From contig JBHNNM010000002.1 of NCBI GenBank assembly GCA_048563625.1, forward strand, positions 5,483 through 69,482: a DNA stretch of 64,000 nt. The letters are read 5' to 3'. Positions 19,141-27,820 of the stretch are shown one piece after another (within the stretch, counting starts at the first letter, position 1; each line of letters opens with the position of its first letter). Position numbers and translations under genes: made by a program. This DNA is from Gammaproteobacteria bacterium (GTDB lineage: Bacteria > Pseudomonadota > Gammaproteobacteria > GRL18). Below the pieces are notes generated by a model. That model was not told the DNA's origin and searched no databases. It was given only the letters and a program-made list of their open reading frames with translations.

Positions 19141-19353
19141 TTACTCTTTGTTGTCTTCCTCTTTGAAATCACTTGCGTTTCCGTCACGCACCCAAGTATC
19201 CACTTCGTCTTTTTTGAACTTCCAAAGACGGCCGATTTTGTGGGCGGGCATGTCTTTTTCGCTTATCCACTTATAGACGGTATCTCGCTTGATCCCGAGA
19301 TAGTCTCCAATTTCATCTACGGACAACCATCTGTCTTCCATTTTCGACTCCAT
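19141..19353 (-). CDS. Small excisionase/AlpA-type (HTH_17/MerR-like) DNA-binding protein heading the R-M operon
   Basis: LSVDEIGDYLGIKRDTVYKWISEKDMPAHKIGRLWKFKKDEVDTWV is a typical HTH_17 sequence. Start is uncertain (19341-19419). Confidence 0.7.
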   Translation of the reverse strand: MESKMEDRWLSVDEIGDYLGIKRDTVYKWISEKDMPAHKIGRLWKFKKDEVDTWVRDGNASDFKEEDNKE

Positions 19354-19571
19354 CATTCTTTGAGGGCCGTCCAAACGGCTCGTCAAGTTGTTTAACCGGA
19401 CGGCATCCAATAGGGGCACAACCCGGCTACATTAGGTTAAACAGGGTTTAAGATATTTAGATGAAATGAAAAAATCAAGCTTTCTTTCCGGATTTAACCG
19501 AGTTTAGCCGAATTTCTTTCCATCCCAGTACCCATCGGGAAGGCGCAAACTGCCTCGGAGAATATGGTCGA

Positions 19572-19617
19572 GGGCAAAAAGAAACGCCCCGGAAGCGTGC
19601 TGGCGTTCCGGGGCGTT
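19572..19617 (-). terminator. Rho-independent terminator (perfect 12-bp stem AACGCCCCGGAA/TTCCGGGGCGTT), T-tract on both strands
   Basis: Inverted repeat 19583-19594 / 19606-19617. On the minus strand it is followed by TCTTTTTG, on the plus strand by GGCTGTTTTT. Sits just after the last phage tail-module ORF, at the island/phage junction. Confidence 0.7.
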
Positions 19618-19643
19618 GGCTGTTTTTCACAGATGGGATTGCG

Positions 19644-19931
19644 TCAGGAATCCGGTGGCGAAGCCACAATATTGATGCCACTACGTGGCCTACCCGTGAT
19701 CAGGCTGGTATGAATCGCTGCATTTCGGGTTTCATCCTGCTTCATTTTGTCCAGAAAGGCAGTGCAGGCTTCGGCCTCATCGAGCGGCAATCCCAGTTCC
19801 TCCTCCAACCGGCTCAACCTGTGGTGTAGGTTTTCGATCAGATTAAAGGAGTGATCCCGGACCAGACCTTCCCGTTTTTCCTGTGGAGACGGGATGAATT
19901 CCGTCATCCCGCCACGGCGTTTAACGATCAT
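19644..19931 (-). CDS. Hypothetical protein, last ORF of the tail-fibre module
   Basis: 95-aa ORF directly downstream of the large tail protein and upstream of the terminator. No recognisable motif. Confidence 0.4.
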   Translation of the reverse strand: MIVKRRGGMTEFIPSPQEKREGLVRDHSFNLIENLHHRLSRLEEELGLPLDEAEACTAFLDKMKQDETRNAAIHTSLITGRPRSGINIVASPPDS

Positions 19932-19944
19932 ATCGGGGCCTCCA

Positions 19945-22900
19945 TCAGCTCAGGGTTGCACCGAGGGTGTGAATCCTCGGATAGGTCAATACGGTTCCGG
20001 TCAGCTCGGCTTTGTAGCGCACCTTGTTGCCCTGCGGATCGCTGAAGGTTCTGAGCAGCGTGTATTCGGTCCAGTCTTCATCGATAGGACGGGTGTCGTC
20101 GATGGTCATGGCTTCCCATGTTTCACCGCCGTCATTGGAGGCGAACCACTGGACACTGGTGCCGCTGGGGATATCCATCTGGGTGTAGACCTTGGTGGAT
20201 TCCACGCCCTGTGTCAGTTCGTTCTCACGGGTCAGATAGGTTCCGGTGGTATTGTTCAGATAGCCGATCAGGTTGACATCCCGGAAGTTGAGCGCCGGAG
20301 TGTCATTGCCCATATCGGTACTGAAGCGCACCCGCACCAAAACACCATTGGCCAGATTGGGCAGACGCTCTTCCTCAGCCGGAACGACGGCATCCCATGT
20401 CACTCCGCCATCGGTGGAGTATTCCCAGATCAGATGGGTGCCTTCCGGAATGGCCGAGTATTCATCGATGTTCAGATCGGAGAACTGCACACCGCTGACC
20501 GGCTGAAACTGGACCGTGCCTTCGTTCTCGAACTCATAACCATAGAGCTTCATGGTGAGGTCGGAGCCGTTGAGCGGAGTCCAGGTCTCGGCATTGGAGC
20601 TTTCCAGAAGCACACCTTCGGCATAGGTCTGACGGGTGATGATGCCCTGACGGCCGGTCTTGCCGAGGGTGGCGGTGCGCACCTTGTAATTGGTGCTGTT
20701 GGTCAGCAGGACCACCGCATAGCTGGTATTGGCTTCCGCGTAAAACGGATCATCGAAGCTGATCTTGGTTTCACCGCCAAGGTTGATTTCCGACGGCGCG
20801 ATGACCTTCTCGGCAAAGATGGTATCGTTGGGCAATCCGGTGGTGACGCCTCGAATCTGAACCGTTACCGGAATAGAGGCATCCCGCTGGGTGAACTGAA
20901 TCCCCAGCGCCGACAACACCCGGTTTTCGGTAAAGCTGAAGGTCTGGTCCAGCGGATCGCGGCGGACAAAGATGGTGCGGGTTCTCCAGACGGTACGCAC
21001 TACCGGCACACGAACGATGCGGGTAATGATGTTGGTCTGGATAAAGCGCTGAATACGGGTGATCACCAGCGGGTCATTGATCTGCAGGCTGGCACGGGCA
21101 GTGTACTGACCATCTGCCATCTCCACGATACGGTTACCGTTGCGGGCTTCCGTCGGCACCGTGAAAGAGGCGGTCACACGTCCGGCATCGTCACTGACCA
21201 GGTTGCTGGCCATGACACCTCCGTCACAACGCAGGACAATCCCGGAACGATCCGGCGTAAAGTTGATGCCTGTCACGGCAATGCCGGTCTGGCCACGGCG
21301 GCCGATATTCGGGGTGACCTGCAGCATGGCTGGCGGCTTCTCAAAGACCGCATACGGGTTGATGTTACGCTCCTCGGACCAGTCGCTCTGTTCGAGCACC
21401 ACCTGTTCCGATCCCGGCAACAGCGCCAGACTGCCGAAGAAGCTGGCATCGCTGCTTCCTGAATCCACTTCCAGCGCCGTGGAAATGGCGGAGCGATCCG
21501 TAGAGGCAAACTTGCCCAGTTCGTTTACCCGGGCATCCCACTCTGCGTGATAGATATCCGACTGCGCCGTATTGGAGAAGTCATCCGAATAGATGCCTTT
21601 CTTGGACTGAGCGTCGCGGTTCTGAAGTTCGTTGTTCATCTGATACTGGGCATCGTTGTATTTCAGGTCCTCCACATCTTTGATGATGTCATGGATCTGA
21701 TCCATAGTGATGCGGGTGAGCCCGAAATTGCGGATGGTCATATCGGTGGAGTTGGGCGGGCAGTCGATGCTGCACAGACCCAGCGTATCCTCAGGAACGA
21801 TCGGCAGCTTGGGAAAGTCAGCCGGAGCGCCTTCGAGACGTTTGATCTCCCGGGTGGTGGCGTAAATGATGTCCTTGCGGCCGAGGAAATAATCGTAATC
21901 GATACTGCAGTTGGAACCGTTGACCGGTTCATCACCCAACGCTCCGCGACCGAAGTTGACCACATTGAGATTGCCCAGCTCCATCTGGGCCGTGGACATG
22001 GAAACCGCCGCCGAGCTGGTTGCCGGAGGATTGGATGCCACGGGTTCGTCCACCCCATCATCGATATAGGAGATGGCTTCACTACCCAGCTCCTTGATGC
22101 GCTGGAAGTCGGTTCTAGAACCGTTGGTCGTGGCCCGGTAAACCCGGTAACCATTAGCACCGTTGACCGGCAGCCATGAAAGACGGTTCATCTCTCCGGC
22201 CAGTGTCATTCTCGAAAGCACACTGCCGGAGTTGAAGGGGGTTTCACCCGAGCCGTCAAAAGCGGTCACCACGTAGTGATAGGTTCCGGATACCGGATGA
22301 GCGGTAATGCCGAACCAGCCGCCGTCCACATAATCCTCGCCTTTGATCATCTGCTTGGTGTAGGTCCAGCGCACGGTATAGGTGGTGCCGATGGCCGGTT
22401 CATTACCCGAACCGATCCAGTCCACATGATTGCCTGACTGCTGCCAGTCGACCCCTTCCTGAAAAATGGTGGCACCCTGACTGACTTCCAGAATATCCAC
22501 GACCGGATTGGGATCGAGCAGATCCTCACCGCCGCCAACCGATCCACGGGTCACATTGGCGGTCATTTCCACAATGGCTTCCACCTGCGTGGTCTCTTTG
22601 AGCGGCGTGGAGTTGACCGGATAGCGGCGCTGGCTGATGTTGTAGGTCTTCTGTTCACCGCGCACCGACTTAATGGCCACCGACTTGGGAACCAGCGTTG
22701 AGGTGGGCAGATCCCGCTGATGGCGGAAGCCCTGAATGTAGGCCCGGCCCGCGTTGGTGATCACCTCGACATCGGTGTCATCCACCGAGCCGATAAAGCT
22801 GTCGAAACCACTGACCAGATAGCTGCCCGCCTGATCGAAGGTACGCTCGGCAAGGTTCTGCAACAATGAATTGAGTCCTTCAGCGGCGGCAAAGGAGAGC

Positions 22901-23268
22901 TGATCCTCGGTAATGGAGGAAACCGTGATCCGGCTGCCGGGAAGCGTGCCCAGCAGGTCGCGCAGATACAGATTGGATTTTTCCTGCACCGTTGCCGTGA
23001 CATCTCCGGTCTCCCGGTCGAATTTGTAAACCGGCACCACCTTGCGCTCGGTCACGTTGTTGGGAAGCATCAGGCTGGTGGTATCGGTGGTCTTCAAGGC
23101 CAGCACCCATTTCTCGCGTTCGGCGGTGGGTTCACCTGTGGCCGGATTGATCAGCGACGGGTCCTGCGTGTAGCCGTAATTGTATTTGAGCAACTCGGCA
23201 TAGACATAGTCCGCACCGCTGGTGGTGGCGGGATCATAGGTCAAGGTGGCTCCGGCGACCGCCTCCAC
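19945..23268 (-). CDS. Large tail/baseplate structural protein (DUF4815-like), major part; same gene as 23241..23501
   Basis: 1107 aa, beta-rich and Gly/Thr/Asn-rich. Continues the N-terminal fragment if one G is added to the G4 run at 23287-23290. Confidence 0.7.
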   Translation of the reverse strand: MEAVAGATLTYDPATTSGADYVYAELLKYNYGYTQDPSLINPATGEPTAEREKWVLALKTTDTTSLMLPNNVTERKVVPVYKFDRETGDVTATVQEKSNLYLRDLLGTLPGSRITVSSITEDQLSFAAAEGLNSLLQNLAERTFDQAGSYLVSGFDSFIGSVDDTDVEVITNAGRAYIQGFRHQRDLPTSTLVPKSVAIKSVRGEQKTYNISQRRYPVNSTPLKETTQVEAIVEMTANVTRGSVGGGEDLLDPNPVVDILEVSQGATIFQEGVDWQQSGNHVDWIGSGNEPAIGTTYTVRWTYTKQMIKGEDYVDGGWFGITAHPVSGTYHYVVTAFDGSGETPFNSGSVLSRMTLAGEMNRLSWLPVNGANGYRVYRATTNGSRTDFQRIKELGSEAISYIDDGVDEPVASNPPATSSAAVSMSTAQMELGNLNVVNFGRGALGDEPVNGSNCSIDYDYFLGRKDIIYATTREIKRLEGAPADFPKLPIVPEDTLGLCSIDCPPNSTDMTIRNFGLTRITMDQIHDIIKDVEDLKYNDAQYQMNNELQNRDAQSKKGIYSDDFSNTAQSDIYHAEWDARVNELGKFASTDRSAISTALEVDSGSSDASFFGSLALLPGSEQVVLEQSDWSEERNINPYAVFEKPPAMLQVTPNIGRRGQTGIAVTGINFTPDRSGIVLRCDGGVMASNLVSDDAGRVTASFTVPTEARNGNRIVEMADGQYTARASLQINDPLVITRIQRFIQTNIITRIVRVPVVRTVWRTRTIFVRRDPLDQTFSFTENRVLSALGIQFTQRDASIPVTVQIRGVTTGLPNDTIFAEKVIAPSEINLGGETKISFDDPFYAEANTSYAVVLLTNSTNYKVRTATLGKTGRQGIITRQTYAEGVLLESSNAETWTPLNGSDLTMKLYGYEFENEGTVQFQPVSGVQFSDLNIDEYSAIPEGTHLIWEYSTDGGVTWDAVVPAEEERLPNLANGVLVRVRFSTDMGNDTPALNFRDVNLIGYLNNTTGTYLTRENELTQGVESTKVYTQMDIPSGTSVQWFASNDGGETWEAMTIDDTRPIDEDWTEYTLLRTFSDPQGNKVRYKAELTGTVLTYPRIHTLGATLS

Positions 23269-23501
23269 ATGGCCGTCGATGTAGACCCCGGCGTCAGGGT
23301 GAGCACGTTATCCAGCACCGTGACATCGAGGCCGCTCAGAATCGACCCTTCCTTGAAAAGGATGTCGGCAATCTTGCGGCGTTCGAGGTTGATCAGTTCC
23401 TGCTGTTCGTTCAGTTCCGAATCGAGCAGATCCCGGTCCTGATGATAGCGGATGCGTTTGTAGTTTTTGGCGGGATCGAATGTATCTCTTGAAATACTCA
23501 T
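23241..23501 (-). CDS. N-terminal fragment of the DUF4815-like tail protein
   Basis: MSISRDTFDPAKNYKRIRYHQDRDLLDSELNEQQ resembles the conserved DUF4815 N-terminus. Frame changes at CCGGGG. Confidence 0.6.
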   Translation of the reverse strand: MSISRDTFDPAKNYKRIRYHQDRDLLDSELNEQQELINLERRKIADILFKEGSILSGLDVTVLDNVLTLTPGSTSTAMWRRSPEPP

Positions 23502-23516
23502 CTTGTTTACCTCCGG

Positions 23517-24050
23517 TTATATTTTGATGATCCCGACCAGCTCCACGCGGGTATCGGAAATCTTGTTGAAATCTGGAATGTTCTTCACTTCGTACAGGTA
23601 GCCCGGGCGCAGCACCTCTCCGACCGGGTTGGTGTCCTGATGGAACACACCGCCCATGGCCAGATCACCGCTCACGCTGGCCACATACTCGACGTCGCCG
23701 CCGAAAAAGCCGTATTCACGAATGGTGATGCCGTTGGCCTCGGCCTCATCAAAACGAAAGAAGATGCCGATGGTATTGGTCTCTTCTCCGGTCTCCAGAT
23801 AGCGGACACCATTGAGCACCAGCGCACCTTCGGCGTCCTCCTTGAGGAAGGTCCGTTTGTAGAACCGCTTTCTGGCCCGTTCGTTTTTGAGGGCTGTCTG
23901 CTCGATATCCGGCGCAGGCGGATTTTGCGGTTCGGTGAATGTTTCATCTCCATCCCCGATGGCGCAGTGGGTTATGCCTTCCACTGCCTGTCCCATCAGG
24001 AGCTTTGCCGTCAATACACGGCCTGATTTGACTATGAGTCCCAATGCCAT
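23517..24050 (-). CDS. Phage tail-fibre-module structural protein (hypothetical)
   Basis: 177-aa ORF with SD-type spacing in the tail-fibre block. No motif assigned. Confidence 0.5.
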   Translation of the reverse strand: MALGLIVKSGRVLTAKLLMGQAVEGITHCAIGDGDETFTEPQNPPAPDIEQTALKNERARKRFYKRTFLKEDAEGALVLNGVRYLETGEETNTIGIFFRFDEAEANGITIREYGFFGGDVEYVASVSGDLAMGGVFHQDTNPVGEVLRPGYLYEVKNIPDFNKISDTRVELVGIIKI

Positions 24051-24060
24051 GGTCTTCTCC

Positions 24061-24522
24061 TTATGTTTGAATCTCGTGTTCTTCGTTGATAATCACATTG
24101 AAAATGGTCAGCCCCGCGTCGGCGGAACGGCCAAACTGCTGCTCCAGATACTGGGCGGTATCGGCCGTCAATGCCCGGGAACCGCTGATTCTGAGCGCTG
24201 TATCCAGCATTGCCTGCCGGGGATGTGTCACCCGGACGGCGGCAAAAACCAGCTGTTCAAATGTCTGCGGGATGATCAGCCAGGTGTCGGCATCCCGTTC
24301 GATCCGGCCCGCCACAATGACCTGACTGTCGGCCACCGTTGAGCGCTGGTTCGAAGCCCTGACAGAGGCATCCGCCTGAATCACAATGGTGCGCCTTTGA
24401 TCCCGTGGTCCGAACAGGTCGAAATAGGCTCCCTGCACAGCTGGCAGGTTGACCTGAAATTCGGGTCTGCGAATGCCCCGGATAACGGCAGGTCGAATGA
24501 TGGCTCCCTTATGCACGGCCAC
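24061..24522 (-). CDS. Hypothetical phage protein
   Basis: 153 aa. GTG start preceded by GGGAGGA. Assigned by position only. Confidence 0.45.
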   Translation of the reverse strand: MAVHKGAIIRPAVIRGIRRPEFQVNLPAVQGAYFDLFGPRDQRRTIVIQADASVRASNQRSTVADSQVIVAGRIERDADTWLIIPQTFEQLVFAAVRVTHPRQAMLDTALRISGSRALTADTAQYLEQQFGRSADAGLTIFNVIINEEHEIQT

Positions 24523-24645
24523 GGCGAATCCTCCCGTTTATCTTGAAAGCCATTCCTTTGTTGAGATTGGCCAGCGGTTGAGGAACGCGCCGACCTTTCA
24601 CTTGGGTTGTGGTTTTGATTTGTCCTTTAACAACAGCCATGAGCC

Positions 24646-25632
24646 TTACTCCTTAATTGCACACCAGCCGCCGGACAGGTTGAATACCCGATAGGAATCC
24701 GAGCCGATTTCGACGGTGTCCTCGGAAGCCACGTTGGCTCCGCCGGTGGCATAGATTTCGATGAGTTCTCCACGCAGCTCCTGATAGCTGTCCGAGCCGT
24801 TCATGCTGACCAGCCATGGGAAAAGAATGGTGGTGTCGTAGCGGCGTTCCGGGTCGGTATCACTTTGCAAGTTGCCGTGGGCCGCACCGCAACGGCCGCG
24901 TTGTCCGCTGGCGGAAGTCCAGCCGTCGAACTTGTTCACGGCGTAAAAGGTGCTTGACATGTTGTAGTAACCGGTGATGACCGGTTGCGGGTCCTCGCCG
25001 ATCTTGGCTCCGGACGCATAATCACTGACGAGCGTTTCGATGGTCACGGTATTGGGAGTGGCAACCGTATCGATGGCGGTAATTTTCACCCGCTCGATAT
25101 TGGTGTTGTCTTTGATGATGTAATGCTGATCGGGTGTGAAGATCGATGCATCGTTAACCTGTGACACCACGGCACTGCCGTTGACAATCGCGGTCTGGGT
25201 GATGGCAACCGCCGAGGACCAGAACCGTTTGATGGAACCGCTGTAATGGCCGTAATAGGTGGAGACAATCTTGCTGACGACGAATACATGGTCGAGGTCG
25301 GCATACAGCCAGTAGATGAAATCGGCGGTGTCCTCCGCCCGGAGATAGGTGTATGAGCTGTAGAACGCTTCGCCTGTACCGGTTTGAGTGGTGTTGTCCC
25401 AATACTGGAAAGCGGCCACTTCAATGCGGCCGGAGCTCTGTCTGATCTGGAAGCGCAGATAGATATCTTCGGCTCCCGATTCCCCGGTTGATTTGAATAC
25501 ATAGTACGGCCGGGCATCGGCGGACTGGTCGTCATGCAATGTCCAGCCAACGGTCGTCACCAGAAAATCTTTGATCTTGTTCAGCAGGTCCAATCGGCCG
25601 CTGGCGGTTCCCTGAATACTTTGATAAGCCAT
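24646..25632 (-). CDS. Hypothetical phage structural protein
   Basis: 328-aa ORF in the tail-fibre/baseplate block. Confidence 0.5.
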   Translation of the reverse strand: MAYQSIQGTASGRLDLLNKIKDFLVTTVGWTLHDDQSADARPYYVFKSTGESGAEDIYLRFQIRQSSGRIEVAAFQYWDNTTQTGTGEAFYSSYTYLRAEDTADFIYWLYADLDHVFVVSKIVSTYYGHYSGSIKRFWSSAVAITQTAIVNGSAVVSQVNDASIFTPDQHYIIKDNTNIERVKITAIDTVATPNTVTIETLVSDYASGAKIGEDPQPVITGYYNMSSTFYAVNKFDGWTSASGQRGRCGAAHGNLQSDTDPERRYDTTILFPWLVSMNGSDSYQELRGELIEIYATGGANVASEDTVEIGSDSYRVFNLSGGWCAIKE

Positions 25633-25642
25633 GGTTCACTCC

Positions 25643-26236
25643 TTATAAAACGGGGTTCTCTGTTCCGGTGAGGCGCAGCTTGATATCGATTTTGTTCTGG
25701 ACGGGAGTGCCCGAAAGCACCGTGCAGCGACGCCAGAAAGAGATGGTTTGATTGTGGGCCTTGGCTCCAAGGTTGAGCGGAGCGCTTTGGGTGGCGGTAT
25801 CGAGTTCGGCCTGTGTGAGCGCGAGCTTGTACCAGACCGATTCGTCGGTTTCGAACTCGTCGATCGGGTCCACCACCAGCCCTGTATAGTCGTATCCGGA
25901 ATAGACCGGCGCATCCGCCAAGTGGGATGTTGCCACGGTATTGGCCACGGCGCGTCTTACAGTCAGATTTGTAGTTCCGCCGCCGGAAAGGATCTGCATC
26001 TGCTCGGTGCCGATGACGATGTATTCCGCATCGGCAAAGCGCGGTTCAGTCAGTTCTATATCGGTCTGGACGTCATCGATCGGTGTGGTGAGCGTGGTCT
26101 GTTCATTGGCCACGAAAATCTGCCGGTCTTTGATTTCTCCATCCGTGCCGTTGTAGTTGTCCGCGTCCGGATTGCTGAAATCGCCTTCCGAAATCTGCTG
26201 GGTCAACTGTTCATCAAGGTATAAGTGAATTGCCAT
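25643..26236 (-). CDS. Hypothetical phage structural protein
   Basis: 197-aa acidic ORF between the gpI-like gene and the distal tail genes. Confidence 0.5.
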   Translation of the reverse strand: MAIHLYLDEQLTQQISEGDFSNPDADNYNGTDGEIKDRQIFVANEQTTLTTPIDDVQTDIELTEPRFADAEYIVIGTEQMQILSGGGTTNLTVRRAVANTVATSHLADAPVYSGYDYTGLVVDPIDEFETDESVWYKLALTQAELDTATQSAPLNLGAKAHNQTISFWRRCTVLSGTPVQNKIDIKLRLTGTENPVL

Positions 26237-26245
26237 AATCTCTCC

Positions 26246-27820
26246 TTAAACAGGCCATTGGGTTACTTGGTATTTGTTCACGGCGCTCTCTGTCGCGGCT
26301 TCCTGTGCCTCACTGAAATCCTGCTGGCGGAACAGCCAGCGGTATGAAGGTTCGGTGAACCGGAAACCCGCCTGATTGAGCTTCATCCGGCCGATGCGGA
26401 GCGGTCGGGTCCGCTCCACGGAGAGGCGTAGAGAGGTCGTGTTGAGAGCGCGTTGGTTGAGGCTCAAAGGCACGATCCGTGAGCGTTGGAGAGAACCTGT
26501 ATCCACATGGACTTCAAGCGATGCCCGTTCACCGGTGAGGTTCGCATTGGTCAAAGTCCGGTTGTTGAGGACATTCGCATTGAGCTTGAATACAGGCCCT
26601 CTCCGACGCCAGCGGTTGATCAGATCAGATGCTTCGGTGACACCGGCTTTGCATCCGGCGGTAGCAACCAGCAGCGCACTGCTGTGTCCACCCTGAATCG
26701 CGTTGATAACCACATTGCCATTGAGTGGTGAGCGGCCCAGCTGGAAGCATTTCCGGTTTCTCGCTTCGATGTTGAAGCCGAAGGTCTGTCTGTTCTGCAG
26801 GGCTTCCGAAGCCTCTGCCTGCAGAATTGAAAAGAGGTCTTTCTGTCTGAAGCAGTAAAGGGTTTCCGCATTGGCAAATGACAGCTTGCGGCGATTGAGA
26901 TTGTCAGCTGACAGGTTGAAGCCGGATTCGACAATATCGGTGAGGTAATCCCGGCCGGTATAGATCGGGTTGCAGAAGGACAGCCTGTCCTCGCGGATGG
27001 AGGTGTTCACCAGCCGTCTTTCGTTAAGCGGCCTGTGATTGAGGCGCATCCTGTTTTGACGGCCATGAAAACGGGAGACTTTGTTGGCGGCCCGGTCGAT
27101 TTCCGGAACCATCTCCACGGTACTGGTCAATTGCAGGTAATCGTATATCCGCTGCTTGTTGGTCAGATGGCGACAGGAGCCAAGACGGCTTCTTCCCAGC
27201 ACGAAGGTTTCATCGAGAAAGGCCAGAACCACACTGCGGACATGGGCGGCGTTCTGAAATTCCAGATCCGACCCGATCTCCAGAAAGGTGGCCAGCCACT
27301 GCAGGAAAAAGGCACGAGTGCCAGCCGGGTGATGAAAAGACAATGCATCCCGTACACCCTCAGCCAGGTTGAGACTGTGAACCCGATAGACTCCGAGGCT
27401 GAACACATTGCCGGGGAGTTTTGCCGAGCTCAATCGGGAGCGGGAGTTCAGACGGAGAGCACTGCGGAAGGTTTCTTCAATCTGGCCCTCCCAACCAATC
27501 GATGTAAGACTGCGCCCGATGGCCGGAATGGTTCCTTTGCGCCGGTATATTTCGACCGCTTCACGAATCAGACGACGCTGGTTTTCCGGCGTGTCCGTGC
27601 CGTCATAGCGGTGACCCACCAGATATGGGAGTAAGGGTAGAAACCGCTCATCACAGCGCTCCACATCAAATATGTCGGGGAACCTGTCGATGGCCTCCTT
27701 GATCTCGTCGAGCGTGCCTGCCGGGAGTGAAAGCAAGGAGCGAAGATCGCCGCTTTCATCCTTGTGCTCATACAACGGCGGCAGCAGATCGATGAGGTTG
27801 TTCTGGAACCAGTCCGCCAC
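26246..27820 (-). CDS. Baseplate protein, P2 gpI-like (Tail_P2_I N-terminal domain) with a long C-terminal extension
   Basis: LLPPLYE ... RFLPLLPYLVGHRYDG ... QRRLIREAVEIYRRKGTIPAI matches the gpI family pattern. GTG start overlaps the gpJ-like stop. Confidence 0.7.
   Translation of the reverse strand: MADWFQNNLIDLLPPLYEHKDESGDLRSLLSLPAGTLDEIKEAIDRFPDIFDVERCDERFLPLLPYLVGHRYDGTDTPENQRRLIREAVEIYRRKGTIPAIGRSLTSIGWEGQIEETFRSALRLNSRSRLSSAKLPGNVFSLGVYRVHSLNLAEGVRDALSFHHPAGTRAFFLQWLATFLEIGSDLEFQNAAHVRSVVLAFLDETFVLGRSRLGSCRHLTNKQRIYDYLQLTSTVEMVPEIDRAANKVSRFHGRQNRMRLNHRPLNERRLVNTSIREDRLSFCNPIYTGRDYLTDIVESGFNLSADNLNRRKLSFANAETLYCFRQKDLFSILQAEASEALQNRQTFGFNIEARNRKCFQLGRSPLNGNVVINAIQGGHSSALLVATAGCKAGVTEASDLINRWRRRGPVFKLNANVLNNRTLTNANLTGERASLEVHVDTGSLQRSRIVPLSLNQRALNTTSLRLSVERTRPLRIGRMKLNQAGFRFTEPSYRWLFRQQDFSEAQEAATESAVNKYQVTQWPV

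Noticed and set aside
19894-21462. 522-aa plus-strand ORF (and similar long plus-strand ORFs at 14225-15061, 21547-22179, 29550-30584, 44050-44667, 45693-46682, 47638-48477, 49291-50085 and 60598-62286)
   Set aside because: All are antisense to minus-strand genes with clear family motifs. Their translations are low-complexity (Gly/Arg/His/Val-rich), with no motifs and no SD-type starts. These are typical shadow ORFs of moderately GC-rich coding DNA.
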